Origin: Alphaproteobacteria bacterium
Lineage (GTDB): Bacteria > Pseudomonadota > Alphaproteobacteria > SHVV01
Length of the DNA: 64,000 nt
NCBI GenBank assembly: GCA_965261735.1
Contig: OZ253470.1
Coordinates: forward strand, 2,752,001-2,816,000
Direction of reading: 5' to 3'
Positions 44,650 to 54,156 of this stretch are shown here, piece by piece (the first letter of the stretch is position 1; every line of letters starts with the position of its first letter). A program made the translations under genes and the position numbers. Under the pieces are notes generated by a model that saw only the letters and a program-made list of their open reading frames with translations, was not told where the DNA came from and ran no database searches.

Positions 44650-44717
44650 TACACCATGGCATTTGTCAAGTTTCTCAGACCGTCTGCGTCCAGGCCCGAC
44701 GCGTGACGGAATTAGCC

Positions 44718-45590
44718 ATGGCGAACGAACCGGCTATCCGCCTCGGCTTCTTTCTTGGGATGTTCGCGCTCATGGCGCTGTGGGAGGTTCTGATGCCCCG
44801 CAGGCGGCGCGCGGTCTCGCGCTGGGTCCGATGGCCGAGCAATCTGGGTATTGTCGCCCTTAACACGGTTCTCCTGCGCTTCATGATCCCCACGGCCGCT
44901 GTGGGTCTGGCGTTCATTGCCGAAGAGCGGGGCTGGGGGCTGCTGAATCGTCTGTCGCCGCCGGATTGGCTGGCGATCCTGCTGGCGGTGCTGGTCCTCG
45001 ACCTCGCCATCTACCTCCAGCACGTCATGTTCCACGCCGTGCCCGCCCTCTGGCGGTTGCACCGCATGCACCACGCCGATCTGGATTTCGACGTCACAAC
45101 AGGCGCACGTTTTCACCCGATTGAAATCCTTCTCTCCATGGTCATCAAACTGGCGGTCGTCGTGATTCTGGGTCCGCCTGCCGTCGCCGTGTTGATCTTC
45201 GAGGTTGTGCTCAACGCGACCTCGATGTTCAACCACGGCAACGTCCTCATTCCGCCGCACTTCGATCGCGCCCTTCGTTGGCTCGTCGTGACGCCGGACA
45301 TGCATCGGGTCCACCACTCGGTCATCCCGCACGAGACCAACAGCAACTTCGGCTTCAACCTCCCTTGGTGGGACCGTCTGCTCGGAACCTACCGCGCCCA
45401 GCCCGCGGACGGACACCAGGGCATGACGATCGGCCTCGAGCAGTTCCGCACGCAGGGAGATTTGCGGCTCGACCGCATGCTCGTTCAGCCCTTCCGCGGC
45501 GGGACCGGCGACTATCCGATCAATCGGCGGGGAGGAGGCGTATGGACCGTCCGCTCCGTTCACCGGCGGCGGATTACGCCGGACGAATAG
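44718..45590 (+). CDS. Sterol desaturase / fatty acid hydroxylase family protein
   Basis: His boxes YLQHVMFH, HRMHH, FNH and HRVHH; NFG...WDRLLGT. Confidence 0.92.
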   Translation: MANEPAIRLGFFLGMFALMALWEVLMPRRRRAVSRWVRWPSNLGIVALNTVLLRFMIPTAAVGLAFIAEERGWGLLNRLSPPDWLAILLAVLVLDLAIYLQHVMFHAVPALWRLHRMHHADLDFDVTTGARFHPIEILLSMVIKLAVVVILGPPAVAVLIFEVVLNATSMFNHGNVLIPPHFDRALRWLVVTPDMHRVHHSVIPHETNSNFGFNLPWWDRLLGTYRAQPADGHQGMTIGLEQFRTQGDLRLDRMLVQPFRGGTGDYPINRRGGGVWTVRSVHRRRITPDE

Positions 45591-45609
45591 TCGGGCGACC
45601 AGAGCGAGA

Positions 45610-45685
45610 TGGCTGGGGCGGCAGGATTCGAACCTGCGAATGCCGGTACCAAAAACCGGTGCCTTAACCACTTGGCTACGCCCCA
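45610..45685 (-). tRNA. tRNA-Gln (TTG)
   Basis: TGGGGCGTAGCCAAGTGGTTAAGGCACCGGTTTTTGGTACCGGCATTCGCAGGTTCGAATCCTGCCGCCCCAGCCA: full cloverleaf, TTG anticodon, encoded CCA. Confidence 0.97.
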
Positions 45686-45762
45686 ACGACGAGCCGGACC
45701 ATAGGCCCAAAGCCCGGCACCGACAACGGGCCCCCGAGGTCCCCCGGGCCGGCGCGCCCGGT

Positions 45763-47949
45763 CTAGACCGGCCGCGATTGGAGCGCGCGCCCCACAGCCT
45801 GGCCGAGCTCGTGGGCCAGTACCGGCTTCATGAGATAGCCGTCGAGCCCTATTTCCCGTGCCCGCTCCGGGCTCAGCCTGTGGTTGAAGCCGGTGCACAG
45901 CAGCACCGGGATGTCGGTGCGCAGCTTGCGAATCTCGCCGAGCAGCGCGTCGCCCGTCATCCCCGGCATGGTCTGATCGGTCACGATGAGGTCGAACCCC
46001 GTCGGATTCTCGCGAAACACCTCGAGGGCGGCGCGACTGCCGGTTTCGCCGACCACCGAATAGCCGAGCCGGGTCAGCACCTTTTCCGCCATGCGCACGA
46101 GCGCGGCTTCATCGTCGACGAAGAGAATGCGGCCCTTGCCGACAGGCGCGCTCGGCGCCGCCTCGCCTTCGACTTCGCCAACCTCGCCCGCGTAGTACGG
46201 CAGCAGCAGCTCGAAGCGGGTCCCCTGCCCGAGCGCGCTGTCGACGCGAATGGCGCCGCCATAGTTGGTGACGATGCCGTGCGCCACCGACAGCCCGAGT
46301 CCGGTGCCGCGCCCCACCCCCTTGGTCGTGAAGAACGGCTCGAAGATGCGCTCCATCGTCGCCTGATCCATGCCCGAGCCGGTATCGCGCACCTTGAGCC
46401 GCACGTAGGAGCCGGGCGAGAGCTCGCCGGCGGCGTTGGCCGTGTCATCGACGGCCGTCCGGTCGAGCACGATCTCGAGCACACCGCCGGCCTCCTCCAT
46501 GGCGTGGGCGCCGTTGGTGCAGACGTTCATCAGGACCTGGTGCAGCTGGGAGGGATCGGCCAAGACCGTGGCCGGCTCCGAGGCCAAGTCCTGGCGGATC
46601 TCGATCGTCGAGGGCAGCGTCGAGCGCATGAGCTTCATGACTTCCTGGACAATCGGCTGCAGCACCAGCGGTCGCTTGGCCTGCTCGGCATGGCGACTGA
46701 AGGTGAGGATCTGCTCGATGAGGTCGCGGGCCCTGCGCCCGGCCTGGATCACCGTCGTCAGGTTGTCCTTCAGTTCAGCATCGTCCGAGTGGCGGCCGCC
46801 TTCGTGGTCGTCGAGGACGAGGCTGGTGTAGCCGAGAATGATGGAGAGGATATTGTTGAAATCGTGCGCGATGCCGCCGGCCAGCGTTCCTATAGCCTCC
46901 ATCTTCTGCGATTGCTGGAGCTGCTGGGCGAGCTCCCTACGCCGCGAGATGTCGCGCATGGTCGCGATAAAAACGTGGCGCCGTGCTCTGCGCCGATCGT
47001 GCAGCGTCCACGTACCGCGCATCTCGTTGACGGCGATCTCGAGCGGAAAAGCCGACCCATCGCGGCGCCTGCCTTCGATCTCACGCATGGCGCCGAACAC
47101 GCCAGCATCGCCGGTGTCGAGATATTGGGCGATGAGGGCCTTGTGCTCTTCGGCGTCCGCGTTCTCCATCAGGGTCGTCATGTCGCCGCCGAGCACGTCG
47201 GCGGCCGTGTAGTCGAAGATTCGCTCGGCTGCGGGGTTGAATGTCTCTATCGCGCCGTCGGCGTCGAAGGTCACCACGCCGTCGATCACGGCCTCGATGA
47301 TCGACAGCGTCTTCTCCTCGTTGATTCGCCGAACCGCTTCGCGGCGCTCGAACTCGGTGATGTCGGTCTGGATCGAGATGATGCCGCCCGCGTCGGTGCG
47401 GTATTCGCTGACGAGGAGACAGCGACCGTCCGTGAGGAACTGCTTGATCTGGCCTTGCGGATCGCGGTGCTGCGCGACGCGCTCGCGCAGCCACTCCTCC
47501 TCGCGGTCGTCGATTCCGGCGATTAGACCCTTGCCGGCAATGACCCGCAGCATGTCCTCGAAGCGGGCGCCGACGGCGACCGGCGGCTCGGCGTCGACGA
47601 ACATTTGCCGGAAGCGGTCGTTGCACAACACGAGCCTGTCGTCGCGGTCGAACAGGGCGACGCCCTCGTTCATGCCCTCGATCGCCTTGGCGAGCTGGCC
47701 TCGCGCGCGGGCGGCGGGTGACCGGGAGTTACCGCCCCAGCGCCCGCTCCACGACGACAGCGCGGTCCCACCCAGCGCCGCGAGCCCGAGAGCGAGGACG
47801 AGCCCGCCGATCGCGAGCCACATCTCGCCGGCGGCCTGCGCATCGAGGTAGCGATAAAGAACCAGCAGGGCGCCGGCGAGCCCGGCGGCGAGGAGGCCGA
47901 TCCCGACCGCGGCTCGGCGTCGTACGCCCGTCGCCGCTCCTGCTTTCAC
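45763..47949 (-). CDS. Hybrid sensor histidine kinase (2 TM, 2 PAS, HisKA, HATPase, REC), CckA-like architecture
   Basis: QKMEAIGTLAGGIAHDFNNIL, IFEPFFTTK, GTGLGL, FVDDE and TDQTMPG motifs. GTG 47949 inferred because the longer ORF start lies inside an IS. Confidence 0.92.
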   Translation of the reverse strand: MKAGAATGVRRRAAVGIGLLAAGLAGALLVLYRYLDAQAAGEMWLAIGGLVLALGLAALGGTALSSWSGRWGGNSRSPAARARGQLAKAIEGMNEGVALFDRDDRLVLCNDRFRQMFVDAEPPVAVGARFEDMLRVIAGKGLIAGIDDREEEWLRERVAQHRDPQGQIKQFLTDGRCLLVSEYRTDAGGIISIQTDITEFERREAVRRINEEKTLSIIEAVIDGVVTFDADGAIETFNPAAERIFDYTAADVLGGDMTTLMENADAEEHKALIAQYLDTGDAGVFGAMREIEGRRRDGSAFPLEIAVNEMRGTWTLHDRRRARRHVFIATMRDISRRRELAQQLQQSQKMEAIGTLAGGIAHDFNNILSIILGYTSLVLDDHEGGRHSDDAELKDNLTTVIQAGRRARDLIEQILTFSRHAEQAKRPLVLQPIVQEVMKLMRSTLPSTIEIRQDLASEPATVLADPSQLHQVLMNVCTNGAHAMEEAGGVLEIVLDRTAVDDTANAAGELSPGSYVRLKVRDTGSGMDQATMERIFEPFFTTKGVGRGTGLGLSVAHGIVTNYGGAIRVDSALGQGTRFELLLPYYAGEVGEVEGEAAPSAPVGKGRILFVDDEAALVRMAEKVLTRLGYSVVGETGSRAALEVFRENPTGFDLIVTDQTMPGMTGDALLGEIRKLRTDIPVLLCTGFNHRLSPERAREIGLDGYLMKPVLAHELGQAVGRALQSRPV

Positions 47950-47966
47950 CGGGCGCCCCCTTGTCG

Positions 47967-49269
47967 GGCTGTGTCTCGAAAGTGGTGGAAATTTGAGGAT
48001 GGCGTAATCTCCGGGTGACAAGACAACCACCCAATCGGCGGCTAGCACCGCCAAGGAGATCACGCCATGAAGAACACTACCGAGACTTCCGCGCTTTCGC
48101 TACTGGCCAATGACGCCGGCTATGATCCGCTCGAGAGGACGCGCTTCGGCAAGGGTATCGGAACGGGCACCGGGAGCGGCAACTGACGGGGACATTCGGG
48201 ACCGAGAGGGTGAGCGTGCCGCGTGCGCGGATCGTTGAGGAAGACGGTCGGGCGTCGGAATGGCGTTCGCGGGCGCTGCCGCGCTACCAGCGGCTGACCA
48301 GAAAGGCCGAGGCGCTGATCGCTTCGGTGTATCTGTCCGGAACCAACACGCGGCGGGTGAAACGCGCGCTGTTCGGGCTCTTCCGGGGTGCTGTGAGCAA
48401 GGACGTTGTGAGCCGGGCGTGGCGCAAGGTGAAGGTCGATTGGGACGCCTGGTGCAGCCGTGGCCTCGCGGATGAGGATATCGTTCGGCTGATCCTTGAC
48501 GGCACTGTGATCAAGACCCGACTGGACCGCAAGGCCACCAACATCTCGGTTCTCGCGGCTATAGGGGTGCGCCGGGATGGCCAGAAGGTCTTGCTTTCGA
48601 TCGGGAATATGGGCGGAGAAAGCCAGGCGGCGTGGCGCCAGTTCCTCGACGACCTTGATGCGCGTGGACTGAAACGGCCCGGGTTTGTCATCGTCGATGG
48701 CGCGCCGGGACTGGAGGCGGCTCTGTCGGCGCTTTGGGGCGATGACCTTCCCGTTCAACGCTGCACCGTGCACAAGCACCGCAACCTTCTGGGTCATGCT
48801 CCCAAACACATGCATGACGAGCTGAGCGAAGATTACCGCGATATGATCTATGCCGACACTGCCTCCGAGGTGGAAACCCGCCGCAAGGCGTTTGTCCGCA
48901 AGTGGCGGCTGAAATGCAGGGCCGTCGCGGACAGCCTCGCAGAAGCGGGCGACAAGCTCTTTACCTTCACGCGCCTGTCCAAGAGCCAATGGAAATCAGC
49001 CCGAACGACCAACGCCATTGAGCGTCTCAACGAGGAGTTCAAGCGCCGGATCAAAACACAGACCGTGCTGCCGTGTCCCGAAACAGTGCCGATGCTCCTC
49101 TGGGCACTCCTCGCTTCCGGCCAAATCCAGATGCGCAAAGTCGATGGATGGGAAACCCTCGATCAGCTAATCGCCGACGAAACCCTTGACCGCGCAGCCT
49201 GACCGCCGCAAAACTCAACCCGCTCGGAGAGGCGCCAAAACCAATTTCCACCACTTTCGAGACACAACC
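47967..49269 (+). mobile_element. IS256-family insertion sequence (second type) with a defective transposase
   Basis: IR GG(C/T)TGTGTCTCGAAAGTGGTGGAAATT at both ends. 9-bp target duplication CCCTTGTCG at 47958-47966 and 49270-49278. Confidence 0.93.
48067..49202 (+). pseudogene. IS256-family transposase, frameshifted near the N-terminus
   Basis: ATG 48067 (RBS AAGGAG) reads MKNTTE...GYDPLE and then goes out of frame with KGYRNGHRERQLTGTFG...LILDGT, IVDG, QRCTVH, TTNAIER. Confidence 0.85.
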
Positions 49270-50001
49270 CCCTTGTCGCACCTAGCGCCGAGCCCAGAAC
49301 GCCCGGCGAGCACCATCCGCAGCGCGGCCGCAAAGGTCGCTCGATCCCATGCAAACCTGCGCCGCCTCGGCGGTAACACGCTGGTCGATCATACCGGCGC
49401 AGCGCCGGTGGGGGCGCGCGGCGCCGGCCGGCCGCGTCAGGTTGCCTGGCTGCGAGCTGCCGGGCGCCATCGGCCGAGGCCCAGGATCGTGGCGTAGCAG
49501 GACAGCGCCAATACCACCAATAGAAGGGTCGCGGTGGGGGCCCGCGCGGCCAGGATTGCGGGCACCGCCACGAGGCCGAGATAGACCCCGAGCGCACCGG
49601 GCGGCGGCAGGAGCTGCCACAGGATGTGATGCAGGTGGCGCCGGTCGGAGCTGAAGGGAGATCGCCCGATGATCACCCACGTTACCATGAGGCGCAGGCA
49701 ATCCAGCACCGGGACGAGGAACCACAGCATGACGAAGTCGGCCGGCAGAGCGGTGAAATTGACGCTGTACACATACAGCGTCAGGGCGCCGACGACGATG
49801 CTGATCGCGTAGGTTCCCGAATCGCCGAAGAACAGGTGCCCGCGCAGGTTGAAGGGCAATGCGATCGCGAGCCCGGCGGCAAACACCACCAGGAACGGCC
49901 GCAAGTGCATGGGACCGAATGCCACCAGCGCCACGACCCAGAGCAGCGACAGCCCGATGACGATGCCGTTCTTGCCGTCGGCCATGTTGACGGCGTTTTG
50001 A

Positions 50002-51443
50002 CCCGCATTTTCCAGGTAGCTCATCTATTTGATGCCGTTTCCGCTTGATTCTGTTATAAGAATCATAGGTTTAGGCTAGATAGAGGGTGGATCGGATCGG
50101 CGGCCTCTGCGGCCTTGTTTCGACCGTCGCCTGAAGCTGGAGTTCCACGGTTCACGGGTCACGTCGGACGCCGGTCTGCTCGCCTATCGGGAACTCGATG
50201 ATATCCTTGGCCTCACCACCCTGGCGAGCAATGTCCTGGCTGACAGCCGGACGGGCAAGAACGGCTGGCACGACGTTGTCGGACTGCTGCGTCCACACCC
50301 GCTAGGGCTAGAATGGGCGCAAACCGGATATAGGGGAGCGCGCCATGGATGTTCTCGACCGCGCCGATCTCCCATTCCCGCATTCGCTACCCGAGTTCCA
50401 GCGACTTTTCCCCGATGATGCGGCCTGCGCCGCCTACCTGGAGAAAGCCCGCTGGGGAGACGGCTTTGCCTGCCCGCACTGCGGCACGGCGGGAGAGCCG
50501 TTCCACTTTGAAAACCGCCCTGGCGTCCTGCGCTGCCGCAAGTGCCGCCAGAACACCGGGCTGACGGTGGGAACAGTGATGGAGCGTAGCCACACTCCGC
50601 TGAACGTCTGGTTCTGGGCCGCTTATCTGGTCGCCAGTCAGACGCCCGGCATGTCCGCCGTGCAGTTTCAGCGGCAACTTGGTCTTTCGCGCTACGAGAC
50701 GGCCTTTCAAATTCTCCACAAGCTCCGCTCGGGCATGGTGCGGCCCAACCAAGACAGGATCGGTGGACAGCCCAAGAACCATGTTGAGGTGGACGAAACC
50801 TGGGTTGGCGGGCGAACGCGTGGGGAAGGCCGTGGTGTTCACCACAAGGTTCCCGTCTCCTGTGCCATCGAGGTGCGTCATCGAAAGCCGGGCACCAAGC
50901 TCGACAACCGGAAAGACGGACGCTATGCCGGACGCGTTCGGCTCGCCGTCGTGCTCGACCGTAGCGCCGAGTCGCTCTGTGGGTTCGTCGAGAGCACCGT
51001 CGCGCCGCGATCGCTGATCGTTACTGACGATTGGAGCGGCTATGCTGGCCTCGGTAAGCGCGGCTATGAGCACTTCGCTGTTGCCGAGTGTGGTGATCCA
51101 GAGGTTGCCGAGCAATACCTGCTGATCATCCATCTGGTTTTCGCCAACCTGAAGACGTGGCTGATCGGTATCCACCACGGCGTTAGCCACCAGCACCTAC
51201 AAGCCTACCTCAACGAGTTCACCTTCCGCTTCAACAGGCGGTTCTACCCGTTCAACGCCTTCCGCTCATTGCTCGGCATCGCGGGCGACACCTCTGCTCC
51301 AACCTATGCCGAGCTTTACTCGGGAGAGTGGCGGCACCCTACATGTAGCGGTCATGGGTGTTAACCGGATAGGCAAGGGTCAAGCTTGTCGCACGCTCGG
51401 CGTATCGGAGCAGAGTTACTATCGCTGGCGCAAGGAATATGGC
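50002..51443 (+). mobile_element. Composite remnant: IS1380 left end and transposase start, then IS1595, then an IS3 orfA fragment
   Basis: 5-bp duplication TTTGA at 49997-50001 and 51444-51448. About 50080-50292 reads FDRRLKLEFHGSRVTSDAGLLAYRELDD (IS1380). 51378-51443 reads GQACRTLGVSEQSYYRWRKEYG (IS3 OrfA HTH). Confidence 0.82.
50345..51364 (+). CDS. IS1595-family transposase (element about 50293-51377, left IR lost)
   Basis: Zn ribbon CPHC..CRKC, VEVDET, VTDDW and HLQAYLNEFTFRFNRR motifs. Right IR TTAACCGGATAGGCAAG. Confidence 0.92.
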   Translation: MDVLDRADLPFPHSLPEFQRLFPDDAACAAYLEKARWGDGFACPHCGTAGEPFHFENRPGVLRCRKCRQNTGLTVGTVMERSHTPLNVWFWAAYLVASQTPGMSAVQFQRQLGLSRYETAFQILHKLRSGMVRPNQDRIGGQPKNHVEVDETWVGGRTRGEGRGVHHKVPVSCAIEVRHRKPGTKLDNRKDGRYAGRVRLAVVLDRSAESLCGFVESTVAPRSLIVTDDWSGYAGLGKRGYEHFAVAECGDPEVAEQYLLIIHLVFANLKTWLIGIHHGVSHQHLQAYLNEFTFRFNRRFYPFNAFRSLLGIAGDTSAPTYAELYSGEWRHPTCSGHGC

Positions 51444-52090
51444 TTTGAAGGCCGACGAGGCAGAGCACCGTGAACAGGGCCGCCCATCCCTCCAAATAAA
51501 TCGCGTTCTCGGCGAAGCTGAACTTGAGGAACGTCACATTGAGCGCCGGCACCGCGTAGAGGACGGCAAAGCACATGGCCACCGAGATCGCCAGTCGCCA
51601 CAGCGGCCGGACGTGCGCGCGGTCATCGATCAGTCCGAGTAGCAGGGACAGGGTCAGGAGAATGGCGAGAGCGCCGTAGAACGGTACGAAGTCGGTGCGC
51701 CGCGCGAGCACCACCGCCATCACCAGGGCCGGGACCATGACGGCGAGGCCGCCGACCTGGGGCGTGTCGCGGGTATGGTCCTTGCGTCGGCCGTCGGGGC
51801 TGTCGACGACGCCGATGAGCCGGCCTATCGGCCGCGCCAGCAAGCACAGGCCGAACGCCAAGACTCCCAGCAAGACGTATGTCAGAATCATCTACCGCCG
51901 GGTCTTGATGCGCGGCTTCATCGCCGGCGAACAAAAGGGATTTACCTTGCGCTGTCAAGGCGCGCGGGCGAGCGGGCGCTTGCATTTCGCCAGACAACCG
52001 GTCAGTTTTCAGGCTTCGCTCACGGCCCTTGCGGTGGCGCGTCGCACAGCCAGCGACGCCGTGCCAAGGCCCTCACCATGCGTCGCCCCG

Positions 52091-52519
52091 ATGCCGAAAA
52101 CGCCGTCCTTCCACGAGGAACTCGACCGCGCCGATGAGGTCACGGGCGGCTCCAGCCGCGCTTTCGGCCTGGTGTTCACGGTGGTGCTCACGATCGTCGG
52201 CCTGTGGCCCCTGCTCGCGGCCGATCGCCCGCGCCTGCTCGTTCTCGCGGCCGCCGTCGGCCTCCTCGCGATCGCGGTGGCGCGGCCCGGCTGGCTCGGT
52301 CCCTTCAACAAGGCGTGGCTTCGCTTCGGCGCGCTCCTCGGCCGCGTCGTCAACCCGGTCGTCATGGCGTTGCTCTTCTTCGCCTTCGTGACACCGTTCG
52401 CGCTTATCGCGCGGGCGCTCGGCAAGGACCCTCTAAGGCTGCGCTTCGACGGCACGGCCAAGAGCTACTGGATCGAGCGCAAGGGCCCCGACCCCGAGTC
52501 CATGCGGCGCCAGTTCTAA
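52091..52519 (+). CDS. SxtJ family membrane protein
   Basis: SSRAFGLVF, LGPFNKAWLRFGALLGRV, TPF...GKDPL, SYWIER and SMRRQF motifs. Confidence 0.85.
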   Translation: MPKTPSFHEELDRADEVTGGSSRAFGLVFTVVLTIVGLWPLLAADRPRLLVLAAAVGLLAIAVARPGWLGPFNKAWLRFGALLGRVVNPVVMALLFFAFVTPFALIARALGKDPLRLRFDGTAKSYWIERKGPDPESMRRQF

Positions 52520-52556
52520 GGCGCCAGTTCCAACAGTTCTAAGGCGCCGGCTCTAA
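52506..52556. repeat. Degenerate 14-bp tandem repeats over the sxtJ-like stop codon
   Basis: GGCGCCAGTTCTAA, GGCGCCAGTTCCAA, CAGTTCTAA, GGCGCCGGCTCTAA in succession. Confidence 0.75.
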
Positions 52557-52680
52557 ACGGTGTGAGCGCGGCTCGGTCGAGCGCCTCGATTGCATAAGGT
52601 CCGGCAATTGCGTAGAGTTGCGCCGCCAAAGGGTTCTCGACGTTGGTTTTTTCGCGGTCGTCATCACCGGGGGGGCGGAC

Positions 52681-54156
52681 ATGCGGTCAGGTTTCATGAA
52701 GCAGAGCGCGGCGGCGGGGATGGCGCTCGTGATCATGCTGGGGCTTGGGCACGCGTAGGCGCAGGACGTGCAAGTTGGGGTGACGGCGGCGTCGCGGCCG
52801 GCGATCAGCGGGAAGCCGCCGATCTCTGACAAGCGCGCGCTACTGGTCGACACCAACGTCTTCCATGACGAACTCATCATAACCGAGGCCACGGGCCAGG
52901 CGCAGATGCTGTTCCTCGACGAATCGGCGCTCACCATCGGCCCCAACTCGGAAGTGGTGCTCGACGAGTACGTCTACGACCCCGAGCAGAAGACGGGCCG
53001 GCTCGTGCTCAACGCGACCAAGGGCGTGTTCCGGCTGGTCGGCGGGCGCATCAGTAAAAAGACGCCGGTGGTGCTGAACACTCCGACGGCGACGATCGGC
53101 ATCCGCGGCGGCATCAGCATCATCAGCGTGGCCGCGAACGGCGCGACCGACGCGACGTTCCTGTTCGGCCAGGCGATGTCGGTAACCAGCGGCGGGGTAA
53201 CCAAGCAGGCGCTGCGGCCGGGCTATACGATCAGCGTGGCGGCGCCGGACGCGGCACCCTCGGACCCGGCGCCGACGACGCCGGAGACGCTGAACGCGGC
53301 GCTCGGCTCGCTCGAGGGCTCGGGCGAGGCGACCGATGACGAGGGCGTCCCCCAGGACGAGGACGTGGCCGCGAGCGGCGTGGGCGAGCTCGGCTCTGAC
53401 AATGATCCCGATGCGGTGGCCCCGGGCGGCGCAGGTTCGCCAGGCGACGCGGTGGCCGAGGCGGGCGCGACCGATAAGGCCGAGGGCACCGGCGACATCG
53501 CCGAGACCAGCCAGTTGATCGTGACCGGAGAGACCGCCGGCGGCGGCAGCCTCACCATTAGCGGCACTCTGGGGGGCCGTATCAAGCACGCTAGCAGCCC
53601 GCCCTTCGGCACCGACGACAACCTGAGCGGGTTCGACTTCCCGTTCAAGGGCGCGACCGTCTCGAACGGTATTTTCGACGTCGCGATCGCGAGCCGCTTC
53701 ACGGCGCCGATCCAGGCCGGGAGCTTCACGGTCACCGCCACCGAGCAGCCCTTCGGCGTCGGCGTCTTGACTGGGACCGGCTTCCTTACCAGCGACAACG
53801 AGTTCGTCATCTACGAGCTCACCGACCAGGCCGACAGCCACAAGGTGCTGGCTTGGTCGGGCGTGCCGACGACGACGTTCCCGACGAGCGGCGCCACCTT
53901 CTACAACTTCCGCCGCGATTTCGTGATGGACTCGGACGTCCCCTTCGTCTCCAAGTCGACGAGCGGCAGCATCACCGCGGTCGATCTCGACCCGACCGAG
54001 GCCGACGCCGCGATCTTCTAGGACACGAGCGGGTCGTCCTCCGCGCAGCGCCCCTTCGGGGCGGTCTTTGGCGGCCTCAACGGGACCTTGGCTGCGCAGA
54101 AATCGGTGATCAGCTTCTTCGTCGGCGAGGTCAAGGACCTCGACGGGGAAACCTTC
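52681..54156 (+). pseudogene. Exported FecR-domain protein with two in-frame TAG stops, truncated by IS1595
   Basis: MRSGFMKQ...LGLGHA*AQDVQVG; FLDESALTIGPNSEVVLDEYVYDP and TPTATIGIRG (FecR); AAIF*DTSG continues open until the IS. Confidence 0.85.

Larger units (their letters stand above)
49437..51891 (-). pseudogene. MraY/WecA-like glycosyltransferase family 4 gene split by a composite IS insertion
   Basis: N-half: VDSPDGRRKDH..TPQVGG, GLIDD, ...LCLVGLQ. C-half: NAVNMADGKNG, FNL...FFGDSG, DRRHLHH. The halves rejoin in frame across a TTTGA duplication. Confidence 0.9.

Noticed and set aside
45640-47526. Long alternative-frame and antisense ORFs (also 3128..4837, 15881..17341, 24504..25769, 40308..41570 and many others)
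   Set aside because: They overlap well-supported genes, are Arg/Ala/Pro-rich without motifs, and are expected shadows of high-GC codon usage.
52091-52519. Saxitoxin biosynthesis
   Set aside because: SxtJ-family proteins are widespread, and no other sxt gene is in the window.
52756-54021. Amber recoding or pyrrolysine readthrough in the FecR gene
   Set aside because: TAG terminates many intact genes here (rplY, ychF, DUF58), no pyl genes are seen, and the gene is also IS-truncated.
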